A DNA stretch of 64,000 nucleotides, taken from Candidatus Melainabacteria bacterium GWF2_37_15. Lineage in GTDB: Bacteria > Cyanobacteriota > Vampirovibrionia > Gastranaerophilales > UBA9971. Every line of letters begins with the position of its first letter. Position 1 is the stretch's first letter. The DNA lies in NCBI GenBank assembly GCA_001784565.1, contig MFRL01000090.1, forward strand, positions 6,378-70,377. Direction: 5' to 3'. The notes under the pieces are model-generated. The model was not told the origin of the DNA. It searched no databases and saw only the letters and a program-made list of their open reading frames with translations. Positions 1 to 8,780 of the stretch are shown piece after piece. Made by a program: the position numbers and the translations under genes.

Positions 1-219
1 ATAGTCGGAATAATTATGGTTAGCTGCTGACCTGTCAGCATCTTTGAGCTTTTCAGTTACTTCATTATATTTTGCAACGTATTTCTTGTACAACTCATTA
101 TGTTGCCTTAACTGCTCCTCGCTCAACCCATCCAATTTCCCGAATAAATATGTAAAATCCTTTGCTTCTAACGTTTCAGTTCTCATTAAAATTTTTTCCC
201 TTACGTGTACGTGGTCCAT
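1..219 (-). CDS. Fe/Mn superoxide dismutase-like protein, N-terminal part (gene runs off left edge)
   Basis: Absent from ORF track because there is no stop in the window. ATG at 219 lies about 7 nt after AGGAGG. Translation MDHVHVREKILMRTETLEAKDFTYLFGKLDGLSEEQLRQHNELYKKYVAKYNEV shows the H-x2-LY-x2-YV-x3-N pattern of the SOD Fe/Mn N-terminal domain. The opposite-strand track ORF 44..364 has no SD and is low complexity. Confidence 0.4.
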   Translation of the reverse strand, partial: MDHVHVREKILMRTETLEAKDFTYLFGKLDGLSEEQLRQHNELYKKYVAKYNEVTEKLKDADRSAANHNYSDY

Positions 220-353
220 ATTTAAACCTCCTATTATTAAACCTAAAATCAAAACGAACAAAATTGGCATTGTATGTTACCTCATGAAGCTGATTGGGGG
301 CTCGATATATCGAACCCCCCATAAACTTTTCCTGTCAGCTTTTCAGGTATACA

Positions 354-1010
354 TTATGTATTAAAAGTCCTGTCCCCTGCATCCCCCAATCCGGGAAGAA
401 TATAGCCCACATTGTTTAGTGTTTCATCAATAGCCCCTGTTATTAACTTTATGTCAGGAAACTTGGCAAAAACATTATCAATTCCCTCAGGAGATGAGAT
501 TAAAGAAATAAATGTGATATTTTTTTGAAGTACGCCGAGGTCAGTAAAAAGCTGAATAGCCGCAGAACCCGAACCGCCTGTTGCAAGCATTGGATCAAGA
601 ATGTATACATAAGTATCATCAGGTGATTTAAATTTTCTAGGCAGTTTATTATAATAAGGTACAGGCTTCAGGGTTTCCTCATCCCGATATAGCCCGATAT
701 GATGTACCCTTGCAAACGGCAGCAAGTCCAGCGCAATTTCGGAAAACACCAGCCCGGTTCTTAAAACCGGCGCGATTATGAATTCCGCCGTAGTATCAAT
801 AACCCTGACTTCGGTTTCCATAAGTGGTGTTTCAACCTTTTTTGTAGTCATTGGCACATTGACGAAGGCTTTGCTCATTATAATCCGGGAAATCCTGAGC
901 AGCGATGCCCTAAAAATCTCAGGATTAGTATTTTTATCTCTTATGATAGCAAGATTATGGGAAACAATAGGATTATTGCTTACTGTAAGGTTATTATAGA
1001 TTGTTTTCAT
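354..1010 (-). CDS. upp: uracil phosphoribosyltransferase
   Basis: Full-length 218 aa. PRPP-binding motif YILDPMLATGGS and C-terminal YILPGLGDAGDR are typical of Upp. Confidence 0.95.
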   Translation of the reverse strand: MKTIYNNLTVSNNPIVSHNLAIIRDKNTNPEIFRASLLRISRIIMSKAFVNVPMTTKKVETPLMETEVRVIDTTAEFIIAPVLRTGLVFSEIALDLLPFARVHHIGLYRDEETLKPVPYYNKLPRKFKSPDDTYVYILDPMLATGGSGSAAIQLFTDLGVLQKNITFISLISSPEGIDNVFAKFPDIKLITGAIDETLNNVGYILPGLGDAGDRTFNT

Positions 1011-2263
1011 ATGCTTAATCTCCGCATTACCCGCTCACGTCCCAGTAGTGAAATAACTACACCCATATCAGCCCCGTGCGTACGACCGGTTAAGGCTTTT
1101 CTAATGGGCGGCATAACCTGCTTTGCCTTCATAGGCTTCATCTGCTCACGGAATTCCCCGAGCTGCTCGTGTATTTTTTCAATATTGTTATAATCTATTT
1201 TCTCAGCAAATTCTTTGAATTGAGCTAATACTTTGCGGTCTTCTTCAGTTAAATCAGCAACTTGAATAGTATCCTCAAAGAAATAGCTGACTGCTTCAGT
1301 GATATCGCTGAGTTTTACAAGATTATTCCTGACGGCATCTACCATTGTTTGAAGTTGCACTTGCGAATATGCTGATAAATCATACTGCGTAAGGTATTTT
1401 TTAACTCTTTCAGTAATATCCTCAAGCGGCAAGCTCCTGATATAAACGCCGTTCATCCAGTTTAATTTATCAAATTCAAATATGGCCGGACTAGATGACA
1501 CCCGGGTGATATCAAACTGTTCTACTATCTTGTCAATTGGCTTAACTTCCTCGTTATCAGTCGGCGACCAGCCAAGCAGCGCCAGAAAATTAACGAACGC
1601 CTCTGGTAAATACCCCTGCTCAATGAATTCGCTAACTGCGGTTGCTCCGTGTCTTTTAGACAATTTCGTCCTGTCCGGCGCAAGTATCATACTCATATGA
1701 CCAAAAATAGGCAACTCAGCACCCAACGCCTCATAAATTGCGATCTGCTTGGGCGTGTTGGAAATGTGGTCCTCACCACGAATTACGTGGGTGATTTGCA
1801 TTTCCATATCATCAATCACAACAGCAAAATTATATGAAGGAGTGCCGTTTGACTTGATCATGACAAAATCGGCATTTAGGCTGGTGTCAAATTCCAGCTC
1901 TCCTTTAATCAAATCATTGAATTTAATGATTTTAGAAGGCATTTTAAACTTTATAGCACCTTCAAAGTGGTACGCATGGCCTGATTCAATAAGTTTTTCA
2001 GCGTATTTTTTATAAAGATCGAGGCGTTCGGATTGCTTGTATGGTCCCTCATCCCACTCAAGACCGATTGCTTTTAGACTGTCGAAAATATTTTGGACAT
2101 AACGCTCTTCTGAGCGCTCAAGATCAGTGTCTTCTATTCTTAATATGAATTTGCCGTTATTTTTTCGCGCAAACAACCAGTTAAACAGAGCACACCTGGC
2201 TGTCCCAACGTGCAGGTTACCTGTAGGGCTGGGAGCGATCCTTACTCTTACCATATTTGACAC
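1007..2263 (-). CDS. gltX: glutamate--tRNA ligase (rather short, 418 aa)
   Basis: Class I signature APSPTGNLHVGTAR (HIGH) and KLSKRHG (KMSKS). RIEDTD motif. 4-nt overlap with upp. Confidence 0.9.
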   Translation of the reverse strand: MSNMVRVRIAPSPTGNLHVGTARCALFNWLFARKNNGKFILRIEDTDLERSEERYVQNIFDSLKAIGLEWDEGPYKQSERLDLYKKYAEKLIESGHAYHFEGAIKFKMPSKIIKFNDLIKGELEFDTSLNADFVMIKSNGTPSYNFAVVIDDMEMQITHVIRGEDHISNTPKQIAIYEALGAELPIFGHMSMILAPDRTKLSKRHGATAVSEFIEQGYLPEAFVNFLALLGWSPTDNEEVKPIDKIVEQFDITRVSSSPAIFEFDKLNWMNGVYIRSLPLEDITERVKKYLTQYDLSAYSQVQLQTMVDAVRNNLVKLSDITEAVSYFFEDTIQVADLTEEDRKVLAQFKEFAEKIDYNNIEKIHEQLGEFREQMKPMKAKQVMPPIRKALTGRTHGADMGVVISLLGRERVMRRLSI

Positions 2264-2706
2264 TATACCTTACTCCCCACTTTATCAACAATGCTTCCAA
2301 GGATCATGGTTGAATCATGCACAATGTTTGCGCAGTTATTTCTTGCAGCTACCGGATCTTCATCAAACCCCGCCCTCAACGCCCGACAGCACAGAGTTTT
2401 TGTATTTCTTTGTTCCTTAAACTTTGCATTAAATTCATTTGCTAATTCTTTAATTTTGTTAGGGTCATTGGAAGGACCTGTTCTACCGAAAAGCAAACCT
2501 AAAACGAGCTGTGCACCCGCAACCGCCCCGCAAAGACACTGATGTGAACCCATTGCTCCTGAAAAAGGAGATATTATCTGGTTTAAAATATCAGGATCAA
2601 CGCTTTTATCAATTATTCCTGTTTCATAAGCTGCTTTTACAACGGATTCCGAACAGGAGTGCCCCTGCATAAAGAGTTCTGCTGCTTTTTGTGAAAATTT
2701 ATTCAT
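2263..2706 (-). CDS. C_GCAxxG_C_C family protein
   Basis: Motif CLCGAVAGA plus downstream CC. I moved the start to MNKFSQ (ATG 2706) because it is preceded by GAGG. The track ORF start at 2808 adds a low-complexity extension. Confidence 0.75.
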   Translation of the reverse strand: MNKFSQKAAELFMQGHSCSESVVKAAYETGIIDKSVDPDILNQIISPFSGAMGSHQCLCGAVAGAQLVLGLLFGRTGPSNDPNKIKELANEFNAKFKEQRNTKTLCCRALRAGFDEDPVAARNNCANIVHDSTMILGSIVDKVGSKV

Positions 2707-2853
2707 AGTTATAACCTCTTTTTTGTTGTTGTAACAGTATTTTCCCACAAAAAATTGTAAATTTATGTTTACAAAAAAAATTTTTTTATCAAAATTTTTT
2801 TTCAGCATACTTTACACAATTGTAACCATAAAATGTCTTAAGGAAGGAAAAGT

Positions 2854-5070
2854 ATGATTGTTAATACAATCCAGAACCAACCCAATCTTTATTTAAACGC
2901 AAAAAAAGAACAAAACCATAAATCCAACTTAAACCTGGCCAATATGCCTGCATTCGATATACCAAATGTTGGTTTTACAGGCAATTTAAGGGCTCTTAGA
3001 TATCCAAAAGCGAAACAAGTAAATGTCATAAGCTTTTCTGCAAATCAAGGAAAAGCACAAAACCGCGGCTTAATGATGCACATATCGCACCTGCCTGCCT
3101 CAAGATCACACATAGGGCAATTCTTAGACCCTGAAACCGAAAAATTTACGCAGTTCCTTCACGATGCAAAGCAAACTCACTGGATTATAAACCCGCTTAC
3201 CCCTGTAGGAGAAGACCTCAGCCCTTATAATTCCGCCAGCCGTTCTGACCGGAATAAATATTTTATCAACCTTAATAAACTTGTGGAACCTGAATATGGA
3301 TCACTTTTAAAGACAGCAGACCTTCCTGAGGACACCTCATCAAGGGTATTTACGTTACAAATGCTAAGGGATCAAAAAGACCCACGGTTTGAACTGGCTT
3401 TTAAAAATTTCAAGGCATTGGATGAAGCGCATCCTCTAAAAGCGGAGTTCAATGCTTATTCTCAGAAAGAAGGTCCAAAATGGCTTGATAATAACGCTAT
3501 TTATGAAGGGATATTGAGCTTTGTAACCTTAAACAATATTGCAAAGTATGATTGGAGATCCTGGCCGGATGAGCTGAAAATGTTCCCGGAAAATACCAAA
3601 GAACAAAGTTATGAAGAAAAATTAGAAACCTTAAAAGATATTGAAATCAAAGGCAAAAAACTAGGCGAAGAAGATGTCAATAAAATAGAACAGTTCCGTT
3701 TTGAACAATTCCTGTTCGACAAACAGTTCAAAGGTTTTAAAAAAGACCTTGATAAAAAAGGAGTTAAATTATTTGTTGACCTGGCCTACGGAATATCTCC
3801 AAACGGTAAAGATGTATGGAGTAATAAAAATATCGTTGCTTTAGATAAAAACAACAATTATCAGCCGGAAAAATTAACAGGTTGTATGCCTGAACCTGCT
3901 TATCCACACACCCAGATGTGGGGACAAGCTGTGTGGAACCTGGACAGCCCTGAGTATTGGGAATACCAGGAAAATAGTATGCGCAAAATCCTTGAAGAAG
4001 GCTGCGTAAGACTGGATCATTTCGGAGGACTTATTAACAGAGGAGCTATACCAGCCATAATAACAGGCAAAGACGGTAATGAATACCCAATACAGGAAGC
4101 TATCAACAAACATATAGAACTTCCAAAACCTTATACAAGCCTGATAGACGGCACTGTAAAAACTCATGCAGATAAGGATATCTGGTATCCTGAATGGCTT
4201 GAAGATGTTTCCAATAAGAAAAATTCTAAAGGTGAAACTTTACTTGATATGTATATAAGAGTAGCCGAAGAATCCGGACTTAAGGCAGAGAATGCCTTTA
4301 TTGTAGAAGACCTTGGCGGCGTTTGCGAAACAGATGCCTTTAAAAAAACTATGGAAAAATACGGAGATAAGCTATCAGGCCTAAGATTGCCTGTAGCTTA
4401 TGGTATAGAAACAACAATAGGCAGGGAAAGAAGTATGGCAGGAAATCCACATGACCCGTGGGGAAATGAAGTTAAAAATCCAGAAACAATAGCCATGTTA
4501 AGCGGTTCTCATGATCCTCCAACAACGATGCATACAATAGAAGTAACTCTTAGCAATGCAAAAAGGGATGAAGCCGCTAACGTGATAGGTAATCGGCAAT
4601 TGCAAGCAAAAAAGGATATGAATCTTAGAGATTCCTCATATCAAATGATAAGGTTAGCCCGGAGAGCAGGCGCAAAACTCAGCGATATGAAAGAAAATAC
4701 AGAAGAAACTTATTATAAAACTTCAAAAAAATTGCTTGAATGGATGTATAAAAAACCGGCAAAACATATGCAAACAACCATATCTGACGCACTCGGCATT
4801 TACTTCCGCCCTAATATCCCAGGGTTCTGGAAAGAAACTCCAAAAGATAAACTGATTGAGGAAGCTGGCGTAATTAATATGGATAAAGTCACATCCCAGC
4901 AGGAAAAAGATACTATAAACTGGAATATGAAACCTAATACTGAAACTTTTGGCTTCTGGAGTTCAAGGTTCCCCAAAGGATTCCTGAATAACGAATACAA
5001 AGAAAGAGCCGATAATTTCATTAAGATGATGCAGGATCTTTTCCCTGACACAACCTCAACAGCTTCTTAA
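2854..5070 (+). CDS. malQ: 4-alpha-glucanotransferase-like (GH77 amylomaltase) with a ~70 aa N-terminal extension
   Basis: GLMMHISHLP...G..L...F..FL...W.INPL.P......SPY.S.S pattern typical of the GH77 N-terminus. Strong SD AAGGAAGGA before the ATG. Confidence 0.7.
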   Translation: MIVNTIQNQPNLYLNAKKEQNHKSNLNLANMPAFDIPNVGFTGNLRALRYPKAKQVNVISFSANQGKAQNRGLMMHISHLPASRSHIGQFLDPETEKFTQFLHDAKQTHWIINPLTPVGEDLSPYNSASRSDRNKYFINLNKLVEPEYGSLLKTADLPEDTSSRVFTLQMLRDQKDPRFELAFKNFKALDEAHPLKAEFNAYSQKEGPKWLDNNAIYEGILSFVTLNNIAKYDWRSWPDELKMFPENTKEQSYEEKLETLKDIEIKGKKLGEEDVNKIEQFRFEQFLFDKQFKGFKKDLDKKGVKLFVDLAYGISPNGKDVWSNKNIVALDKNNNYQPEKLTGCMPEPAYPHTQMWGQAVWNLDSPEYWEYQENSMRKILEEGCVRLDHFGGLINRGAIPAIITGKDGNEYPIQEAINKHIELPKPYTSLIDGTVKTHADKDIWYPEWLEDVSNKKNSKGETLLDMYIRVAEESGLKAENAFIVEDLGGVCETDAFKKTMEKYGDKLSGLRLPVAYGIETTIGRERSMAGNPHDPWGNEVKNPETIAMLSGSHDPPTTMHTIEVTLSNAKRDEAANVIGNRQLQAKKDMNLRDSSYQMIRLARRAGAKLSDMKENTEETYYKTSKKLLEWMYKKPAKHMQTTISDALGIYFRPNIPGFWKETPKDKLIEEAGVINMDKVTSQQEKDTINWNMKPNTETFGFWSSRFPKGFLNNEYKERADNFIKMMQDLFPDTTSTAS

Positions 5071-5965
5071 TATCCTCATCCGGCTCGATCTCAATTGTAA
5101 CCCTCTCTTCCGTACCGGGTTTTAGAAAACTGAGTTTATATGCCTGTAGCGCCTGGCCATGAAGATTATACTTAGAAGTCTTTAACCCATACACAGGATC
5201 ACCGACAATAGGATGGTGTATATAAGATAAATGAATCCTTATTTGGTGTGTACGTCCTGTTTCCAGTGCCATTTCAGCATAAGTGCTGTCTTTACATCTT
5301 TTCAATACTTTCCAATGCGTGATGGACGGCTTACCTCCTTCAACCACAGCCATTTTGTGCTTTTGTGTAGGATGTCGATCAATTGGCTGGTTAATTGTAC
5401 CGAAATCCTCCTTTAAATTCCCTTCCACAAAAGCTAAATAATATCTTTTAGCAGTTCTTGTCTTTATTTGTTCAGAGAGAAAGGCATGCGCAAAATCGTT
5501 TTTTGCAATCATTAAAAGCCCTGATGTGTCCCTGTCCAGTCTGTGTACAATTCCCGGGCGCATAATTCCGTTTATGCCTGATAAATTGCCTTTACAATGA
5601 TGTAAAAGTGCATTTACCAGTGTATGTTCCCGCTCAATTGAAGTTGGGTGGGTGAGCATACCTGCTGGTTTGTTCACAACGAGCATATTATCGTCTTCAT
5701 AAGGTATATGCAGTAGAATATTTTCAGCTTCCAGCTCAAGCGGTCTGGCTTCCGGTATCTCCACACAAACTTCATCACCATACTTTAATTTATATGAATT
5801 TTTAGCTGGTTTGCTGTTTACAAGTGGATTTAATTGTTGAACCCTTGTCCGTGATAATTCCGGCACAATACGCGCAACAAACACATCAAGCCTTGTGCCT
5901 ACTTCATCTATATCAACTTCAAGTCGTATTTCTCTAGCATTAGTCACAGTTATAAAGTACCCCAA
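5021..5965 (-). CDS. rluD: RluA/RluD-family 23S rRNA pseudouridine synthase
   Basis: S4-like N-terminus (RLDVFVA...SRTRVQQL) and catalytic HRLDRDTSGLLMIAKN. Track start is TTG. A GTG at 5947 is an alternative start. Confidence 0.9.
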   Translation of the reverse strand: MGYFITVTNAREIRLEVDIDEVGTRLDVFVARIVPELSRTRVQQLNPLVNSKPAKNSYKLKYGDEVCVEIPEARPLELEAENILLHIPYEDDNMLVVNKPAGMLTHPTSIEREHTLVNALLHHCKGNLSGINGIMRPGIVHRLDRDTSGLLMIAKNDFAHAFLSEQIKTRTAKRYYLAFVEGNLKEDFGTINQPIDRHPTQKHKMAVVEGGKPSITHWKVLKRCKDSTYAEMALETGRTHQIRIHLSYIHHPIVGDPVYGLKTSKYNLHGQALQAYKLSFLKPGTEERVTIEIEPDEDIKKLLRLCQGKDPASS

Positions 5966-6412
5966 AAAAAAAGAAGTTTAAAACTTCTTATAAATTCTAA
6001 TCTTCCCTTTTTGTATTACCTTAGCCTTACATTAAAAATGAAAATCCCCCTACTCTCTAGTTACCCTTTATATGTTAGTATTTTTAATTAAAATCTTTTT
6101 AACCTTTCTTATTTATATAAAAACAAAAAAATGAAAATAATTTATTTTTCGTTACAATTGATGCGGTATTGCATCCTTCTAATACTATACAAACAGATTA
6201 CAAAGTATTTCAAATAATTTAAATTTTATATAAAAATAATAGAATTATTAGATAAATAATTTACTTTTTACAAAACTTAATAAAAAGCCCGTAAAATTAA
6301 TATTTTTTATCTTAATTACTTGTCAAAGTAAATATATAATGTGCTACTATACAATTATATGGGTAGGAAATTTTTAAAAATTTCTAAACAATTTTAGAAA
6401 GGCAGACGGGTA

Positions 6413-7678
6413 ATGACATTTCATAATTGCGTGAAAAATTTGATATTATCAATTTTTACTTTTAGTTCATTGTTTTTTGCACAGGCAACATTCGCTGATA
6501 CTCCCAGGGATTTATACGATGAAGTCTGGAAATTAGTAAACAGTAAGTATGTGGATGTTAACCAGAATGGCCAGAATTGGCACAGGTGGAGACATAAGTA
6601 TGACAGCGTAATTCAAACAAATGAAGATGCATACGTAGCCATTGAAACAATGTTATCAAGCCTTAATGACCCATATACCAGATTTCTTGACCCTGAAGAA
6701 TTCGCTGAGGAAAAAAGATCTATCAGCGGAACACTTTATGGCATAGGAATACAAATAGGAATACGGGAAGACAAATTAACCGTTATAGCCCCCATAGAGG
6801 ACACTCCAGCCGCTAAAGCAGGATTACAAACAAATGATATTATCCTGGAAATAGACGGAGCCAGCACCAAGGGTATTTCCATAAAAGATGCCGCTGATAA
6901 AATCCGCGGGCCAAAAGGAACACCTGTTATCATGCTTATAAAAAGAGACAAGGAAGAACTAAAATTCACTATTCTCAGGGATAAAATCGATGTTAAGTCT
7001 GTTTCAATAAAGAAACCAGAATTTGCCAAAATTGACACTAATATTGGATATATACGACTTAATTCCTTTCTGAGCCACACTGCAAGTGATGAAATAGTAA
7101 AAGCTCTTGAACAGTTAAGAAATAAGGACGGATACATACTTGATCTAAGATCAAATCCAGGCGGCCTTTTAACAAATGCAATATACATTTCCGACATGTT
7201 TCTTGATGCGGGGAACATAGTCAGTACAGTCGACCGTGACGGCTACAAAGAAAACCAAAAAGCAAACGGCGATTTACTTACAGATAAACCACTTGTTGTA
7301 TTAATTGATGGCGGTAGCGCTAGCGCAAGCGAAATTCTCAGCGGTGCATTAAAGGATAACGGAAGAGCTGTACTTGTTGGCACTAAATCCTTTGGAAAAG
7401 GACTTGTACAGGAAATCAACCGGTTATCTGACGGTGCTGGAATAAATATTACAACGCAGAAATACTTAACTCCAAATGGTACGGATATAAATAAAGTAGG
7501 TATTATTCCAGACATCAAAGTCAAAAATACCAAAGAAGATGAGAAAAATAAAAAGGACAGACAACTTGAAAAAGCTCAGGATGTACTTAAAAACCTTATA
7601 ACATACAACAAGCAAAGCCAGAATAAAGTAAAGGTTATTAATACTAATCTTCCGTTACGGGTTATAATTCAGAATTAA
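6413..7678 (+). CDS. ctp: S41 carboxyl-terminal processing peptidase with PDZ domain
   Basis: Signal-like N-terminus, PDZ (TPAAKAGLQTNDIILEIDG), DLRSNPGGLL and GGSASASEILSGALKDNGRAVLVGTKSFGKG. Confidence 0.9.
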   Translation: MTFHNCVKNLILSIFTFSSLFFAQATFADTPRDLYDEVWKLVNSKYVDVNQNGQNWHRWRHKYDSVIQTNEDAYVAIETMLSSLNDPYTRFLDPEEFAEEKRSISGTLYGIGIQIGIREDKLTVIAPIEDTPAAKAGLQTNDIILEIDGASTKGISIKDAADKIRGPKGTPVIMLIKRDKEELKFTILRDKIDVKSVSIKKPEFAKIDTNIGYIRLNSFLSHTASDEIVKALEQLRNKDGYILDLRSNPGGLLTNAIYISDMFLDAGNIVSTVDRDGYKENQKANGDLLTDKPLVVLIDGGSASASEILSGALKDNGRAVLVGTKSFGKGLVQEINRLSDGAGINITTQKYLTPNGTDINKVGIIPDIKVKNTKEDEKNKKDRQLEKAQDVLKNLITYNKQSQNKVKVINTNLPLRVIIQN

Positions 7679-7696
7679 GAAAGATACTATTAAGTT

Positions 7697-7727
7697 AAGA
7701 AGGGTGCATTTATGCACCCTTCTTTAA
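7697..7727 (+). terminator. stem-loop after ctp
   Basis: AAGAAGGGTGCA-TTTA-TGCACCCTTCTT gives a 12-bp perfect stem 19 nt after the stop. The trailing T tract is short. Confidence 0.6.
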
Positions 7728-7747
7728 TGTCAACACGCACCAAAACC

Positions 7748-7780
7748 GTCACCCCGGACTTGATCCGGGGTCTATCTAGC
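7748..7780. repeat. GC-rich REP-like hairpin element (copy A)
   Basis: GTCACCCCGGACTTGATCCGGGGTCTATCTAGC. 8-bp stem ACCCCGGA/TCCGGGGT with loop CTTGA. Shares flanks and loop with 15169..15193. Confidence 0.6.
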
Positions 7781-7837
7781 GAACAACTGCATAAGTTCTG
7801 TAGGATAGGTTATCTAACCCATCAGCTAAAGCTTTTA

Positions 7838-8206
7838 TTACAAATTAACTTCTAAATCAGCAAAGAACTTAAGGCTTTCGAAATTTTTCACAAGACTATC
7901 TAACAACTTATCTCCTTTTTTAATTTGACAACAGTCTTCAGCTCGTTGCTCACGATCAATTACTGCATCAGGATTGTTTGCTTCCGTTATTTTTCCTAAT
8001 TTAAAACCAGCTACATTGCTTTCTAGTCCTTCTTTGCTAGATTCTGGCATTTCTTCAACAAGATAATCCCATTCTGGTTTTATTGTTCTCTTCGCAAATT
8101 CATCCTAAAGAGTTTTGTATTCTTTATTGTCTAAATTCAATTCTTTCCTGATTGATGGAATAATTTTTAAATTTGCTTTAAATGTCGGTGAGTTATTAAC
8201 ATGCAT
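7838..8206 (-). pseudogene. hypothetical ORF interrupted by one in-frame TAG (codon 34, 8107..8105)
   Basis: ATG at 8206 follows AAGGA. 33 codons (MHVNNSPTFKANLKIIPSIRKELNLDNKEYKTL), then TAG, then the same frame continues 18 codons into track ORF 7838..8050. Confidence 0.4.
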
Positions 8207-8376
8207 AAAATTTTCCTTATTTTTTACTATTTGTATAAAAACATGTAAAAAATAAAATTAACCCAAAAAATAAAAAAATTTTATTTGCCCAACACCTTCA
8301 TGTAATACATCTAAACGTTGACCGACTAAAAGCAGCAAAAAAGCACACATTTAGCAGATAAAAAACAGACAATTTT

Positions 8377-8772
8377 TTAACGAGAAATAAATTCTACACA
8401 AATTTCCCTGTTTCTCGGCCCATCAAATTCACAGAAAAATATACCCTGCCATTGACCCAGTACAAGCTTCCCGCCGGATATAATCATATTCAACGAGCTT
8501 CCCATAAGGCTTGCCTTGACATGCGCATCGGAATTCCCTTCTGAATGGCGGAACTCTTTATGTATTGGCGACATTTTTTCAAGACTGAAAAGGATGTCAG
8601 ACTTTACACTCGGGTCATGGTTCTCGTTGATAGTAATTCCGGCCGTCGTATGCATACAAAATACAACACAAATACCGTTCTCCACCCCGGAATTCCCCAC
8701 AAGTGTTCTGATTCCTTTGGTTATGTCGATTATTTCGTTTCTTTTGTTGGTTCTTATGTTAATTTTTTCCAT
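8377..8772 (-). CDS. YjbQ/UPF0047 family protein (secondary thiamine-phosphate synthase-like)
   Basis: CMHTTAGITINEN...D...H...GNSDAHVKASL pattern. Typical length of 131 aa. Confidence 0.85.
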   Translation of the reverse strand: MEKINIRTNKRNEIIDITKGIRTLVGNSGVENGICVVFCMHTTAGITINENHDPSVKSDILFSLEKMSPIHKEFRHSEGNSDAHVKASLMGSSLNMIISGGKLVLGQWQGIFFCEFDGPRNREICVEFISR

Positions 8773-8780
8773 AATTCAGA

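Noticed and set aside
296-322. GGGGGCTCGATATATCGAACCCCC hairpin after upp as a terminator
   Set aside because: The stem is good, but no T tract follows on the minus (upp) strand. It is left uncalled, though it could still be an RNA-stabilising stem or a weak terminator.
31-340. CCTGTCAGC...TTTTCAG occurring twice (31..58 and 332..348)
   Set aside because: The match is short and one copy lies inside coding sequence. Nothing supports more than chance.
44-364. Track ORF (106 aa, plus strand) at the left edge
   Set aside because: It is low-complexity Cys/Ser/Phe-rich sequence without an SD. The opposite strand carries a better-supported SD-preceded SOD-like ORF (1..219) and the upp 3' end.
5976-5994. 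AAGAAGTTT-A-AAACTTCTT palindrome plus T9 (minus strand) immediately upstream of the rluD-type start, as a terminator
   Set aside because: There is no upstream minus-strand gene to terminate within 450 bp, and the loop is too small for a canonical hairpin. It is possibly a promoter-region UP or A-tract element.
6196-6210. Single GATTACAAAGTATTT resembling the 12-bp repeat unit, as a possible second binding site
   Set aside because: A 9-nt match of this composition is expected about once by chance in an AT-rich 64-kb window on two strands.
8105-8107. TAG reassignment or alternative genetic code to explain the in-frame stop
   Set aside because: TAG terminates gyrB (26992), coaBC (22813) and ade (29410) at positions consistent with full-length proteins.
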